DNA of 64,000 nt, taken from Trichoplax adhaerens (lineage: Eukaryota; Animalia; Placozoa). The DNA lies in the NCBI RefSeq assembly GCF_000150275.1, contig NW_002060945.1, positions 817,872-881,871 on the forward strand, in the 5' to 3' direction. How positions within the stretch are numbered: position 1 is the first letter of the stretch; each line of letters starts with the position of its first letter. The notes under the pieces are model-generated. The model was not told the origin of the DNA. It worked only from the letters and a program-made list of their open reading frames with translations, and ran no database searches. A program made the position numbers and the translations under genes. Positions 11,601-25,139 of the stretch are shown piece by piece.

Positions 11601-13659
11601 ATAGCAACGTTACCCTTCTGAATGTCCGTAAGAATGGTAATCGGACCTATCCTTATCCATATTGTCGAAGGTAAAATGGATAAACTAGACGTGTAAATAG
11701 AATTGAAATTGGGGGTGTTTTACAATATCGTTCTTACTCGCACCTATCATGAGCCTGGGGGGAGGGGGGTTAAAGTGTTGATTGTGATATTCTAACGAAT
11801 CTGTGAACAAATTGAGACATTGCAATAATGTAAAATACCCTCAAATTTGCTATTTTGCTTCTTTCCTCACGTTATTTATCATGATATACGTCATAATCAC
11901 TATCTCTGTAGATAACAATCCTACGTCAACAGGACTTAAAAAAGTTTTAGCGAGTAAATGCCTAATTCTTATTTCATGAATTTTTATTGGTTGTCTTGCT
12001 GTTATCCTACCTTTTATCATCCATTAATATGTTGCAAGTTCTCTTTCTTATGATAGACTCGTAAAATGATTTTAGTTTATCGTATACAGTAGTATGCATA
12101 TAAGCATAAGATGAATTGTAAAACCAAACTCTTGTACTATACTGTAATAATTAGAATCGAAAAGGAGCCTACAACATGAACGAATACGTAACATCAATTA
12201 TCTTGACATTCCATCCTTCATTTCAATCTTTCATCAATACGTTAAAACTTATATCTTTCAACTGATTATAAGTTCTTCGATTAATTATGAATTAGAATGC
12301 CTGAGAGAGCTACCATTTGTCTCTTCTACGAGATTTACTCAAAATCAAAGTCTTTACTAACGTAGCACCCGTAAGAAATACGCGTATAGGAGAGTTCCAT
12401 GTAATGATAATGTATAACATAAATGGATACGATTCTTAATAGTTATACAGTAATTGGTTACCAGAGTTATCTTTCCTATTCGACTCTTCTTTCGGTATTT
12501 ATCAACCAATTAATAGTTTATAATTCCTATCTTTTGTTGGTAAGATAGTACCATGTTCTACAGTATACTTTATTGATTCATAACAGTTACATGTACTGCG
12601 TGTACTTGATGTTTATATGGTCCATGATCTATCAACTAACTTTGAATTTTAATCTCTACAAAGATAATCATCGCATCTGTTAGAATGAATTTGTCAAATA
12701 TTTAAAATCATTCATCGCTGAATTAATCCTTCACTTGGCACTGTATTTAAATTTCTGATGACACTTCCATACAGTCCTTGTGATGCGTCTATAAAATTGC
12801 AGCTTTGAAGTAATCAATCAAGGCTCGAACTGAAACTTAGTTTTGTTGTAAGTTAACGTTGCAACCCTCGGAATTGCTGGTATACCCGTACAAGTTAGTA
12901 ATGATGAACGAATTTTTCAAGGCTATAATAACCTCAGTTCTAATAGAATTACTTACTTAAGTATATTAATATCAGAGCTATTTAAATTCAAACTGCTCAA
13001 TTAATTGAAGTGATAGACTAAGTTTATTGTCAGACTGTCTTGAAATAACGAAAATTTTTGTAGCTGTCACACCTAGAGATACAAAACAACTTATCTTATG
13101 AAGCACTTTCGCTAAGCAAAATTGCTCCCATTTAACCCTATTTATGACTTCGACATCCCACTGTTCTTGAGAAAAACTTCTCAGTATCTAACTATGAAGG
13201 GTGATCGTTAGTGTACTTTAAAAAATAGCAATGAATTTACGATATTTTAACTTGGTAATCCATTAATAATTCGAATTATAATACTACTTCCTCATAGATT
13301 GGCCTGCATACTTTGAAATACGCATAGAATTAACATTAACACAGTAATATAGCATCAGCAGACATTGCACCATCAATTGACGTTTATGTAAAACTATAAG
13401 TACTGGTTCTGTTGGCTAGAGTTAAACATAACACCTTTCATTTATGCTCTTGTGACAGTAAAGGTGTGAAGGAAATAGAATGTTTATAGCCAATGATCAA
13501 TTTTTAACATGCTCTTATTTACTAGTATTACAAATTACACGTACATATGTTATAGTATTATAAATTATACGGACTGTACATATGTTATAGTATTGTATTT
13601 AATTAAGTCAAGTGCAAAGTACAATTTTTATCATTAATAAGTACTTTTTTCAATTTTAG

Positions 13660-14353
13660 ACAGCATAGCCGAAAATTTCGTAATCATCGGGAATTGGCGA
13701 ACTGTGCAGAAAATACGATTAATGTCCAAGATCACAACTATCAATTAAATTGCAGTTATCCTGATAGTATGCATAGAAATCACCTCAGTACAATATCAGA
13801 TAGTAGCAAAGCCGATGAGCAGTTAATGAACTCCAATAAGTGCACAAAAAATATTGGCTCAAATATGTTAATCTACCGTCAAACATCTCCATTGGCTCAA
13901 TATGCAGGCAAAGTAACCGCCATTCGCCGTACATGTAAAGTAAGAGAAGATTGTAATCGAATGCCTACATCAAATCACGATAAATACGCCGCAATCCCTC
14001 CTGAAAAACCAAGTCAAGTCTTTTGGGAGAAACGATTGCAAGGTATTAAATCAGCTGATGCCAATAGTCTATTTAATCTTTCGCAAGCTATGAAAAAGTA
14101 CGGCCCTAATTATGATGATTTAGCCATTATTCAAGGCATGACAGCCTTATTATATCATAATAAAGCACCCGTTATAGGCCAAATTAATCATCTACAACTA
14201 TTACAAGCAGATCCTCATGTCTGGAGAGATTCAAATCAACCATTATGCCCCAAAATTGTTATCTCAGAAGGTGATATTAAAGGGCAAGAAGATCGTGTAG
14301 CACGAACTAGGAAGAAATTAGCTGAGATTCTCGCTCAATGTAAAGAAGGTTGA
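13660..14353 (+). CDS. MBD2: MBD2/3-like NuRD subunit (MBDa + MBD_C coiled-coil); terminal exon, methyl-CpG-binding domain degenerate or missing
   Basis: Motifs IYRQTS...VT, EKPSQVFWEKRLQGI, PVIGQ, ADPHVWRDSNQPLC..IVISEGDIKGQEDRVARTRKKLAE match the MBD2/3 C-terminal half. An acceptor ttttag lies at ~13659, followed by HSRKFRNHRELAN (cf. SGKKFRSKPQLAR). The upstream exon and start were not resolved; first in-frame ATG is at 13769. Confidence 0.82.
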
Positions 14354-15259
14354 ATTTAAATCTCGATATGTATCTTAAAGTGAGCGATACTGACCAACGT
14401 CAACACGACATTAAAATCATATTACGAACTAATTCTAATATATATCGGTTTCTCATTTATGGATAAGTCAAAATATTCAATTGTATTTATAATATGCCAA
14501 TTTGTACACTTGGCCATCGATACTTAAATGTGCATTACATATTAAATTCAATATTTCCTTAAATTATATGATAAAACACGATGTACAAACCCAATTATTG
14601 CAAAAGTATACGAATTCATGAAAACTAGTTGAGATAGAGTGCCGATCTTTACATTTCTTTACAAAAGATTTCAACATGATTCATCTATTCTTTTTAATTA
14701 AACAATAAATTATTAATTGTTGTTAGTCTAAAGTATAATCTATCAAGCACATACGTTAAAATAAAAAATTTATTATCTATATAATTTTGTATTACTTGAC
14801 GTTTGAATGAATGCCATTCCATAGGCAGCGTATCATATATAAGTTTAACATATCTCATACATGTAATGGTAGAACTACAACGATTGAATTTTAGCAGTTC
14901 AATTTGTCAGGCAAAGGCAATCCATCTACTGTACAAAGATATAGCACACCAACTTGGTTCAGTCCAATCGTTTTAATGTATACCGTACTACTTGCCTTTA
15001 ACTTCTACAACCTAACCATAAAATACAGCAAGCTTCATTTCTAACATAATTCCTAATCATTAATACATTATAAAAGTCTAAAAATTAACCTTTTAACATC
15101 AAGATTTAGCCGTAAAAATAACAGTCTAACTACTTAACAATCAACATAACCTCTGCCGTTAATAGTTTACTGTATACGAGCATAGCTATCGGCTATCATT
15201 CTCCTATCCTTGAAGCTTTTGGTATTTGTTTATTTCATTATATCAAACATATTTTGCAC

Positions 15260-18200
15260 GCGCAATCTTTAGTAACATTATCGGATTTTCTCCCCACTTT
15301 TGTTTCAAATCACCATAATAGCGTTAACAATTCCAAACGTTCGCCAAGAGATGGATCATTTTCTTTTAATAGTTTTAGAATAATTTTCTTTCTGTAACAG
15401 CAATCGGCTATATTTATTATTTTTAATGCAATCAGTGGATAAAATATACCTGAACCTATTTCATTTTAAATGATCATTCAGATGCTTAATTTTGGTGATT
15501 TTTCTAATAGATATTTTGAAAATTGATCGAAGGTACCAAAAGTCGCTAAGTGTAGCCCTACCTGGCCATCAAAGTGTTCTTTTAATTCTTGTTTGGATGT
15601 TGTTATAAAATCATTCCTTATGATTAGAACTGATGATAATTTATCCATTTCCAAAACTTGATTTCTAATTTCATAATATGGACTTTGAAGTCTACTAAAT
15701 TTTAGGTTATATGGCAGCTGAAGAATTTTTGAAATCCTTTAATTTTTTTAATCTGAAATTATATCCTCCATTTCCTTTTCCAATACTTTGAAAAAAGGTC
15801 TTAGAAGTACTTCTTACGCTTCCGTCTGGCGAGCCAGTACTGTAACTGTATATTTCAGGTAAAATTCTTCCCGAATCTTCATTAATATCTAATGCAACGC
15901 CAAAGTTTCGACTAACTAATTGATTTTCACATCCTTGTAGTATCGCATCTAGGACTGCTGTTTTAACGCAACCATTTTTACCGGTAATGACAGCTAGCGT
16001 GGGAATGCTACGCCAACGGAATGGTGCATGAAGATTTTTAACGCTAGCAGCACCGTTAATTTGTAAGTTAAATAAGTATCCTGGCTCTTTACACGCTTTA
16101 TCAGATCTATCTTCGTACATCCTCGTATCTCTAAATTGAAAATTACTGTCATGACTTTTTTCAATATTAACCTCTTTCAAATACTCGTGTACGATCGCCC
16201 TTACCATTTGTTCACTTCCTAGAAGCGTTGCTTGCGTGCGTAATAGCCTTGATAGCTTTGAGCATCCATGTGCCACAAGTATAGTTGCATTTCTGGTTTA
16301 ACTCCGGCATTGATAGTTTGAAGATATCGAATTTCTTACCACTTCCATCAATGATTTGTTGTACAACCTGCGAATTATCTTCATGTGTTGAATGCGAATC
16401 AAAATAAATTACGAAAGGTTTCTTGGCTATAATTTTCTCGATTACCATTACTGCCCGGTGATTATCTTTCATTTTGATCGGTACAACGACCCAGTGTTTA
16501 TCCCTGCATTTCATAACCTGACTCATTGCGAGTCTGGCTGAGTCAGGATCATTAACATCCATCGTTGATAAATGCCATAAGGAACTACACTAGTACTTAA
16601 TAAATAATCTACAGTGGGAATGGTTAGTGATTTATTCAGACGGTTCGAATTAGTTTCCTGATCGCTGAACTACCTTTGCTGAGCAAGATAATCTTCATAA
16701 ATTTCATCAATCCTAATATTCTTTAAGGACTTATAAACATATCCTTTTATCTCTTCTTCAATTGTACTAATTTTTGCGTTCATAATGATTTCAATAACTT
16801 TTTATCGTCCATGTACTAGAAGTAGCTGTCTCTTTCGGCTTGAACTCTTCCGATGGCAGACGCCGAAGACCGAAAAAACAAATCTTCCTCGTGTAGTTGA
16901 AATAAAATCTTCTTAACAATTCTTTTCGGATCTATTTCTGCTACCAGTCAATCAAAGTAGTAGGACGAGTATCCTCTTAAAGAAATCCTACGGATAACCA
17001 ATACAAACCAGTGCTTATGGGTTAATTTGACAGGTGAAATAATAAATCTTAATTTCGCGGGATTGGCCAGTAAATCAATAATTTTTTTTATAAGCAATTT
17101 ATCATTAATAACTGCTACTGGAAGTAGTAGGTCATTTTTACTTAATTGGCATTCCTCTTTTAATAAACATTCTACTATAATATGACTAAGAAATCTTTGA
17201 CTAGATATTTTCTGGCAGTTACGGCGATGGATTCTGTCAATATCAATCTCCTTTTATTTTAAGATATCTTGCATAGATTTCTTAACCTGATTCACGTCAT
17301 TTGGATTATCCCATCTTGCTAGCATAATAGCTTTAATCGCTTTTAATATCCATGTATCACAACTAGTGGCATCAACTCTCTATGTCAACTCCGATGATGA
17401 TAAATCAATAATATCCACATTATTCCAAGATTGAGCGATAATACTCTTGATAATATTAAGCTGTTCATCGTTTGGGCCCAGTAAATTAAAAAGGAATGCA
17501 GATAGTTCCGCTTTAATAATTTGATCAATTACTAGCATAGTCCAATGATAGTTTTCATACCGGATAGCAGCAACGATAAAGCATTTATTCTGGTTTTATT
17601 TGGTTGGTTAGTCAGTAAGCTGTCACAAATATCTACTACTGGTGAGTGATCATACGAAATGAAATTCGCGTACTCCATGTTTAATAAATGGTCCATAGTG
17701 TCACCGAGTAATGCACTTGCATTGCTCGGTGGATTTAGACAGAGTTGTCGCTGTAAATTAATGTTATTGTTATGATCTTTCCCGATGTTAATGTCAGTGT
17801 TTGTTAAAATATGACGAATTCAATCGCTTATATACTGGTATCTACTATTTCGGTCATTAGGTTTCAGTATCATTAGTATCACAGCATGAACGGCCTCTAG
17901 CATCCATGTACCACTAGCGATTTCATCTTTTTGTGTATCTCTGTCGATGATAAATGAGCAATTTCGAATTCTTCAAAGCATTGATTGGTGATATTTTTAA
18001 CAATATGTAAATTTTCTTCACTTAGACTAAGCGAATTAAGAATAAATACATGTGGTTTTACTTAAAATTTTAGCTCAATTACCAATCCAACCCAGTTGTT
18101 CCTTTCAAACAAGATAGGTGCAATAATGTAGCGACTTTTACTCTTGATTGATAATTTTATTCACTTGATTAACAGGTCACTATTATCACAAATATCAATT

Positions 18201-18340
18201 ACCAGTAAGATATCATCGAGTTGATAGTCTAGATCGCCTTTGTACTTGGTATATAGCAAATAGTTGATGTCATCCTTGCTGAGCCATTCATCTATTTCTT
18301 CTTTTCCCAAAACTGATTGATGATCGTCAACCATTTCCTA
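15260..18340 (-). pseudogene. Copy A: pseudogene of the 4x Ulp1-like peptidase/ABC-ATPase gene, truncated before Walker B/TOPRIM
   Basis: Colinear with 26595-31049: IDEWLSKDDINYLLYTKYKG (~18240-18300), YHWTML (~17545), KHWFVL (~17010), IYFDSHST..QKCNYTCGTWMLKAI (16212-16562), Walker A GKNGCVKT (15707-16276), SLGERLELLTLLW*FETKV (~15300-15355). Many stops and frameshifts. Confidence 0.9.
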
Positions 18341-19569
18341 AATACAAGTTAAAATAAATATTGGTCTGTAGACATATGTACCAAATACGGTGGGCTGTCG
18401 TAGTAGAGCTTGTGTTGATTAAGCTTCTCCAATCTAATTGGTACATAAACTCCCCTTCACTAGCACATGATCCTGCCTATTTTATATCCAGTTGACAAAG
18501 ATCGATTCAATATTTATCATTCTCCAGAATTACCAGAGCTAAAATAAAAAAATTAGCATTTTATTAGGTATTGAAATAATTTAAATTTCAGTAGAAATTT
18601 GCATCATATGATGCAGCAAGATAGGATATTAATCCGTCGTTGTGTTTCCACTCTTAGCCGTTAACGTTAGCGCGAGGAACTTTGATAAACTCCTCCTAGC
18701 AAGCTTACTGAAAGTCTCTTTTATTTAGGATTTATCGCATTTAAATAGTATAGCCGTAATGACGTATTGTACCCTGATTTTAGTAATTCATCACCTTACC
18801 TTATGCTAACACGTTAGGTGCAGTACAACAGGTTACTGTATCCTACATACATAACACCCTTTTCAACCCATCTCAATTTCATTAGATTGTTAAATTGATA
18901 CATATATGTATATTTGTACTGCTCTACCGTACATAATTAATCACCAAGGGAATGACTGAAAAAAGAAGCAATGGCGAAATTTAGTTGCTCTGCAACCTCT
19001 AGAATATCTTATGAACGACTTTACTGTCCAATTTTTATAATACGATAACATTTTTTATTTTCTTTATCGCGAATCAATGATTCTAATTTATGTTTAAAGA
19101 ATCTCATGGAGACGCTCTGGTAATGCTATAATCGTTTGATTACAATTTATTCGCCTGTTTTGTAAAAATATTGGTATTGGTTGTGAATCTTCTCGCCTTT
19201 CTTGGGTTCCCAATCAACTGGCGGTAACACACAGTTGAATATTATGCAACGAGTTGAACTAATGTTTATACAGAATTAAGTATTATCCAAATGGGTTAAA
19301 GGAATGTTTACATAGCTAAGCTAGAAATATGTTAATCATTGCTCGAATAAAATTAGGTTTTCACAATTTGTTTAAATCACTATATAGTGTAGCCTCAAAT
19401 AAGCTTTAATGCCAAGATTATAGGATTGTACGAAAATAGATAAATTGTAAGCGAGATTATAAGATTGTCTAATTGTCTAATTTAGAAGTGCGAATTATGA
19501 ATTGAAAGCGCTATAGTAAATTTAAATATGATCTTGTAGTTTTATCGACTACTTTAACCTAAGGCGAAC

Positions 19570-19648
19570 CTGATTTCATGTAATAAAGTGAAGTTTACAA
19601 GAAACTGTAGTTGTTGTTATATTTTGGAGAAGATACTTTATTACACAC
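19570..19648 (+). repeat. Short dispersed repeat; second direct copy at ~44185-44260
   Basis: aagtgaa(gt/cc)ttacaagaaactgtagtt..ttgttata.tttt....ga.actttat.aca is shared between the two sites. Confidence 0.6.
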
Positions 19649-20139
19649 TAGCTAGACAAGCATAACAGATGTTGTGCGAGTGCAGTATAATAGTACGAGA
19701 TAACATGATAGTCCGGTATCCGCCTTCCCCACACAAGTGTTCATTAATCATAGACTAGAATTATTCATCTCTCGCTTTAAAATCTGTTTTGGCCGGAAAT
19801 ATCCAAAAATTCACAATAAAATATAATTTACACAATATCCTCAAAAACATCAATAACATTAGTGTGACTAGATATAACGAATGATTCACTAGAAAATAAA
19901 GTAATTTTTTATTTCACGCAATCTCAGCATATGAATACCAGGAAGAATCACAAACCTATTTGAAACCCAAAATATTTATGAAATTGCAAGAAAACGTTCG
20001 ATTTAGAAAATTTCAACATTTTAAAAATTCTGGTACAAATCCATCGCTAATTGCATAGTAAAATCTACCACATAGGCAACGCGCACACATAGAGAAATTT
20101 TGCATCAGTCGTTTCATTTCTGTTATTAGTACAGAAACT

Positions 20140-20440
20140 AAAGATGTCTTACTGTAGTTAGTAAACCTTTATATTTTGAACTTAAAAAGATTAATCAGAT
20201 AGGTGGGAGTAATTCCTTTATAGAATATGTCATCTATCACCTTATCCTAAAATTCTGCAATAAAAATCGATGCTATTCTGAATCAGCTTAAACGAGGCTA
20301 TTACCAGCATCAAAGAATCATTTCATGTGAACTAAAGTCTTAGTTAACGTTTTATTAAATCATGAAAATTTCATGGTAAAGACATTAAAATTAGAGATAT
20401 AAATTCAAAAGTTTACATAGACTTATTTAGAAAGCCGGGG
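20140..20440 (+). repeat. Diverged copy of the segment also at ~24730-25020 and ~31840-32110 (probable + strand relic of the TOPRIM region)
   Basis: aagatgtctt.ct....ttat.ttttgaa.ttaaa...aatcagat...ctatcac.ttatcc.aaaattct is shared with the other two copies. Confidence 0.6.
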
Positions 20441-20737
20441 CCTGAATAAGTAGCCCCTTAAAACTCTCCCAAAGCTTTTAATTCGACCTGTTAGAGCTGC
20501 ATCGCTCTATTCCTACGCTTGATGCTTATAATACTTCTTGCACTAAAATAATCATATCGCTTACAAGAGTTAAGTTAATTTCATCTCAAATTTTATCTGC
20601 TCAATCCTGATCAATTTGCATATTTCTTTTCAAAACTTGCATTTTTTTATGAATCATATTTCATTATCGTTCTATGTTGTTGACTAACTTATATTCCACA
20701 ACTCTTTTATTCGGTATCGCTCATTTGAAATTTCAAG

Positions 20738-23059
20738 TTAAACCGAAATATAAGAAGTCTGTAACTCTTTAAGAACTTCTACCAAGTCAGAAGGAATCAA
20801 AAAATTTTGGCTTTGAAGGAATCGGATCATGTTCTTACAATTCTCTATATTTTTAAATGTTTCTTTATAAAACATGACTAAATCGTGTCCTCTCATTTTC
20901 AGTATTACTATTGGATAAGAAACAGTCACTTTACTTTCAAGAGATATATCACTCTTGCTAAAATCTAATTTAGAATTATCTCCATTTCTCAAAAATTGAT
21001 TTGATTTTAATCTTTTAATGGCATCGGTAATTTCATCTGTATATTTGCATAGATTGCGTAACCTTTCAGTCAAAGTATCATATTTTGTGTTCTCGGTTTC
21101 AAGAGTGATCTTAATCTTACGCATTAGCTGGCCATCAATGTAACTTTGTTTATCACTTTGATTGATACCTTGGTCGTTATGTTGGACACAAACCTGATCA
21201 GTATTCTGAGAGTTATTTTGAATATAATTTTGGATATTGCCTTGTCCATTGCTTTGCTTGCTAAATTGGTTACTATTCAATTTATATATACGTTTTAATT
21301 CTTTCAGATCTTCTTTAATTTCTTCGCCAATCTTCTGATATTCGTTTAATTGATCATTCATTCGCTTTAATTTATTTAAGTGCTGTTTCAATTTTGAAAC
21401 GAGATCCTTGAAATCTTTACTTTCACTTAACCTGATAAATCTTTCTATTGTTTTAGCCAGCTTATCAAATACATTGTCGATAATAGCTTGTAATATATCG
21501 ATCTTCGTTTCAGTCCCTTCTAAAAAGTCAGACAAATGATCAGGATGATTTTGTAAACAAAGTTTACTATTTATTTCCTCTTTAATTTGCGATACGAGTA
21601 CTTCACCTCTCCTCAGTAAATTATAATATAAATATACTGGATCATAAATATAATTTTCTAAGCTGTATCTTTCTTTCAAGCATGTAATGTTATTTATTTT
21701 CGATTCGCCCTTATTATCATTATCAACTAGGCCAAATATAAATCCTTTTAAACTATAATCATCACACTCGTCGGCGACTTTGGGGTCAACGCAAAATTTG
21801 ACAAGCCTTTCTATTATCTGTCTAGATGAATCTTCGGTAGTTATATTGCCACACTCATCTGGGGGATGTTTTCTTAGACTGTAACCATGAGATTTAAACT
21901 TTAATGGTATACTGGGCATGAATAAACGCTTATAAATTATTTTATTCATGATCATTTGGTAAAACATTTCATCATCTGTACCTTCAACAAATACTAGCCT
22001 AAAAGGTAAATTAAGATGCACAAATTCTGAAGTTAATAACTGTATGGCTTGCCCCTTGCTATCAGCCTTACATATCTTGACAATCTTTGCGGTGTTGCCA
22101 GTATCAGTTTCTGACATGGCATCGATGTTGTCTTTGGTTACAAGTGGGTTTGAATGTTTAGTAGGCGTACGGTATGTATGTTCCGCCATGACATAGACAC
22201 AATTATTAGGTACTAGACTAACAGTTGTTGGACAATGAGTGGTCATAATAACCTGCATACCAAGTTCTGATACCAATCTAGTTTTGATAATTTCGATTAA
22301 CTGTTTAACAAAGCTGGTATGAAGATGTGCATCTGGCTCGTCTAGCAAATAGACGGCTTTTTTTTTCTCAGTCTTATCCGTTTTTTCTTTGTCAAATAGC
22401 CACAAAATTGATAATAACTCCAAAGACTCTCCAGGAGATAATTGTATATCACTCGCACCAGCCGAATCACCGCGTTTTACACATTATGCTTTCTCTCCTT
22501 TTTTGCCTTTTCTTACATCGTACTTAAACCCGTATTTTTTTAAATGTTGATTTATAACATCAATTTCGACACCTATTTTTGAGCGTATTAAATTTCTCAC
22601 GAGGCTGTTCCATGAGCCAAAATTTACATCGGAATGATCTTGGCCATTTAATAGCCGAAATTTACCTAAATCTTCGTTTTTTCTAAAATTAGAACTGTAG
22701 TAGTGACATTTCGGAACTTCTGTAGCATATTTGATGGTAACACCTTTAAAACTTCTGTAGCCTTCTTTGCTTGATATTTTAGAATTTTTGCTACTTTGAT
22801 TTTCTTTTTCTTCACGAAATCCTCGCATTATAGCTTCTAAAACAGCTGTTTTACCGCAGCCGTTTTTACCCGTTATGACTGCCAGCATAGGAATGTTACT
22901 CCAGCAGAACGATTGATCAAGATTTTTAAATCCATTACCAGTAATTTTTATTTCAGTTAAATATCCTAGCTTTTTACATTTTTTATCGATTTCATTGTCA
23001 TAATGCTCTTGATACATTTCAGTCTCATTCCGGTTATGTGGCCGTTGGAAACTAGCCAT
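20738..23059 (-). pseudogene. Copy B: ABC-ATPase + TOPRIM(DUF4435/OLD-like) gene without peptidase repeats; one in-frame TAA at 22484-22486
   Basis: ORFs 22484-23095 and 20738-22423 are in the same frame, joined by ...KKGEKA*CVKRGDSAGASDIQLSPGESLELL. Motifs: Walker A GKNGCGKT, Walker B YLLDEPDAHLH, H-loop MTTHCP, TOPRIM FVEGTDD, GLVDND, RYSLENY, RGHDL. About 773 codons from the ATG at 23059. Confidence 0.88.
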
Positions 23060-24264
23060 TTTGATATTGAATAGGATAAATCCTGAATGTAGCAACCTGT
23101 AACACTGTATTCACTATTCAGACAAGTCAAGAGACTGGCGTATTTCGTAAATCGTATTCCTTTATAAGAACTAAGAAGATACACCTAGCTAAAGTTATAC
23201 AATCTACTGTAATATGAGAACGTAATATCATGGAATATTCTAGAATTCACAATTGCCCTTGCGATATACTTGTATGTCAATAAAAGAATATTTCACCTGC
23301 AATCGTACATAGCAAGACACAGGAGTACGGAAAAGTTAAGTTACTACTATCGATGAACTCTTGCATGCTACACACTGGCGGCAGAATAGCATTGTCAACA
23401 GCTAAATGGCGCTCACATTCAAATAGTCTTATTATTAAGATTTACGTAGATATTATTTACTCTTTATTTAGCGTAATTATCTAAATATAGTAATTTGTAC
23501 TAAATATGAGTATATAAAAGAGACAGTATTCAAGGCTGTATAAGCTAAGTACGAGAAAGAGAGTTAGCGAAGAGTTATTGTTTAGATCTGATCTTATTAA
23601 TCGTTGGTAACATATCGCTATTGAATTAGCTGTTGTTCAGCTACTCGTTTATAACTTCTATTTCCTAACTAATGAATTAAACATGTAGCCAGATCTAAAG
23701 TCTATTCTTTGTATTATTAATTAGTACTACATCCCTACACTGTTTACAGTAATACATCGCATTATTATGCGTCATAATCTAACAAATGTAACATAACATA
23801 TAATAAATGTTACATATACACTGTAAAACTAGAGGGCGTAACAATAACAGTGATGAAACTAGTTTAGTTGAAGAGTTCTCAGATTTTACAGCTTATCCAT
23901 TTCTTTAATCACTACTCATTGCAAATTATAGAAATGCTAAAGAAGAACAGGCATATCGCTAGTGATTTATAGTTACTACTAAAATTCTTGACCAAAATGC
24001 CTCAACTGGATGAAATTATTTTGAAACTTAAGATTGAATTAAATTAAGCTGTACGAGTACGTACTTTAGGGAAAGGTAGTTATAAAATGGTAACCGAACT
24101 TATAGGTACGCTTACAGATTTCTTAGCATAATCGATTAGCTTGCCTTCATTATAAATAAGTATACATGTAGTTTCCAAATTGTCCATTATAATTATCGAC
24201 TCCTTACTTAATACTCCAGGCAAGATCTTTACGTAGTGTTTTCAAGCTTTTAATAGCTTCTAAT

Positions 24265-24480
24265 AGCTTGGCTAATGTATTCTGCTTCCAACGCTAGTCA
24301 ATTACTCTCGTCCATGATTGTCATTGGCCATGATTATAATCTGTATTCATTTTTTGAAATTAAACAGGACAAGATGGTATTTGCAATAGACGATATTGAT
24401 CAATGATTTATCTAACTGATGATGGTTTCATCATCATCATCTATTTATCAATGGTGAACATTCTTTTTTATGCTATCGAA
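24265..24480 (-). repeat. Dispersed repeat, inverted copy of 11393-11600
   Basis: Reverse-complement match to 11393-11600 seen directly. Confidence 0.85.
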
Positions 24481-24724
24481 TGAAATATTGGAAAAGGAAA
24501 TTAAATAATACCATTGACAATATCATATTTAGAAATTTAAAATTCTGAGTCACAAAATTTCATGTTACTTGTATAAAAAACTACTGGTACAAAAAAAATA
24601 ATAACTACCTCCATGCAACACGTATATACAGATAGAACATTGGATATGAATCATTTTATTTTGTGATTTATAAGTAAGATTTATGATTTACAAGTAAGAA
24701 TCTGTAAGATTAGTTGTTCGTACT

Positions 24725-25020
24725 GTAATCGAAGATGTCTTGCTATATCCACTGATTGTTTATTATTTTAAATTTAAAGTAAGTCAATCAGATCGATGTA
24801 AGCAATTCCTTTGTCCAATACTATCATATTATCCGAAAATTCTATAGGAATATCCAATAAATTCATGAATTAAAGCAAACGAGATTATCGCCGGCCTTGT
24901 AAATCCCTTCATATCGACTACTTATAAGGTAACGCCTTTGTTCTTATTGTGAAACTTTTAGGGATTTAATCTGAAATAAAATCTTTTACACGGTCTGATT
25001 TTGAAAAGCCTATGACTAGA
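24725..25020 (+). pseudogene. Opposite-strand relic of the TOPRIM C-terminal region (also a repeat with 20140-20440 and 31840-32110)
   Basis: The + frame reads IEDVLLYPLIVYYFKFK (cf. LENYIYDPVYLYYYFRKK). Clear nucleotide similarity to 31840-32110. Confidence 0.55.
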
Positions 25021-25139
25021 ATAAATATACTGTTTTTAAAATTTAATTCAAATTTTAATTCAGCCCAGCTAACAATGTATCCTTATATTCGTAAGCTTAA
25101 TTTCTATATTATTTCTTAAAAGTAAAGATAGACTATCAG

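Noticed and set aside
22424-22486. Frameshift or two-gene (toxin-antitoxin-like) split between ORFs 22484-23095 and 20738-22423
   Set aside because: Both ORFs are in the same frame and the break falls inside the ATPase domain; it is a single in-frame stop, not two genes.
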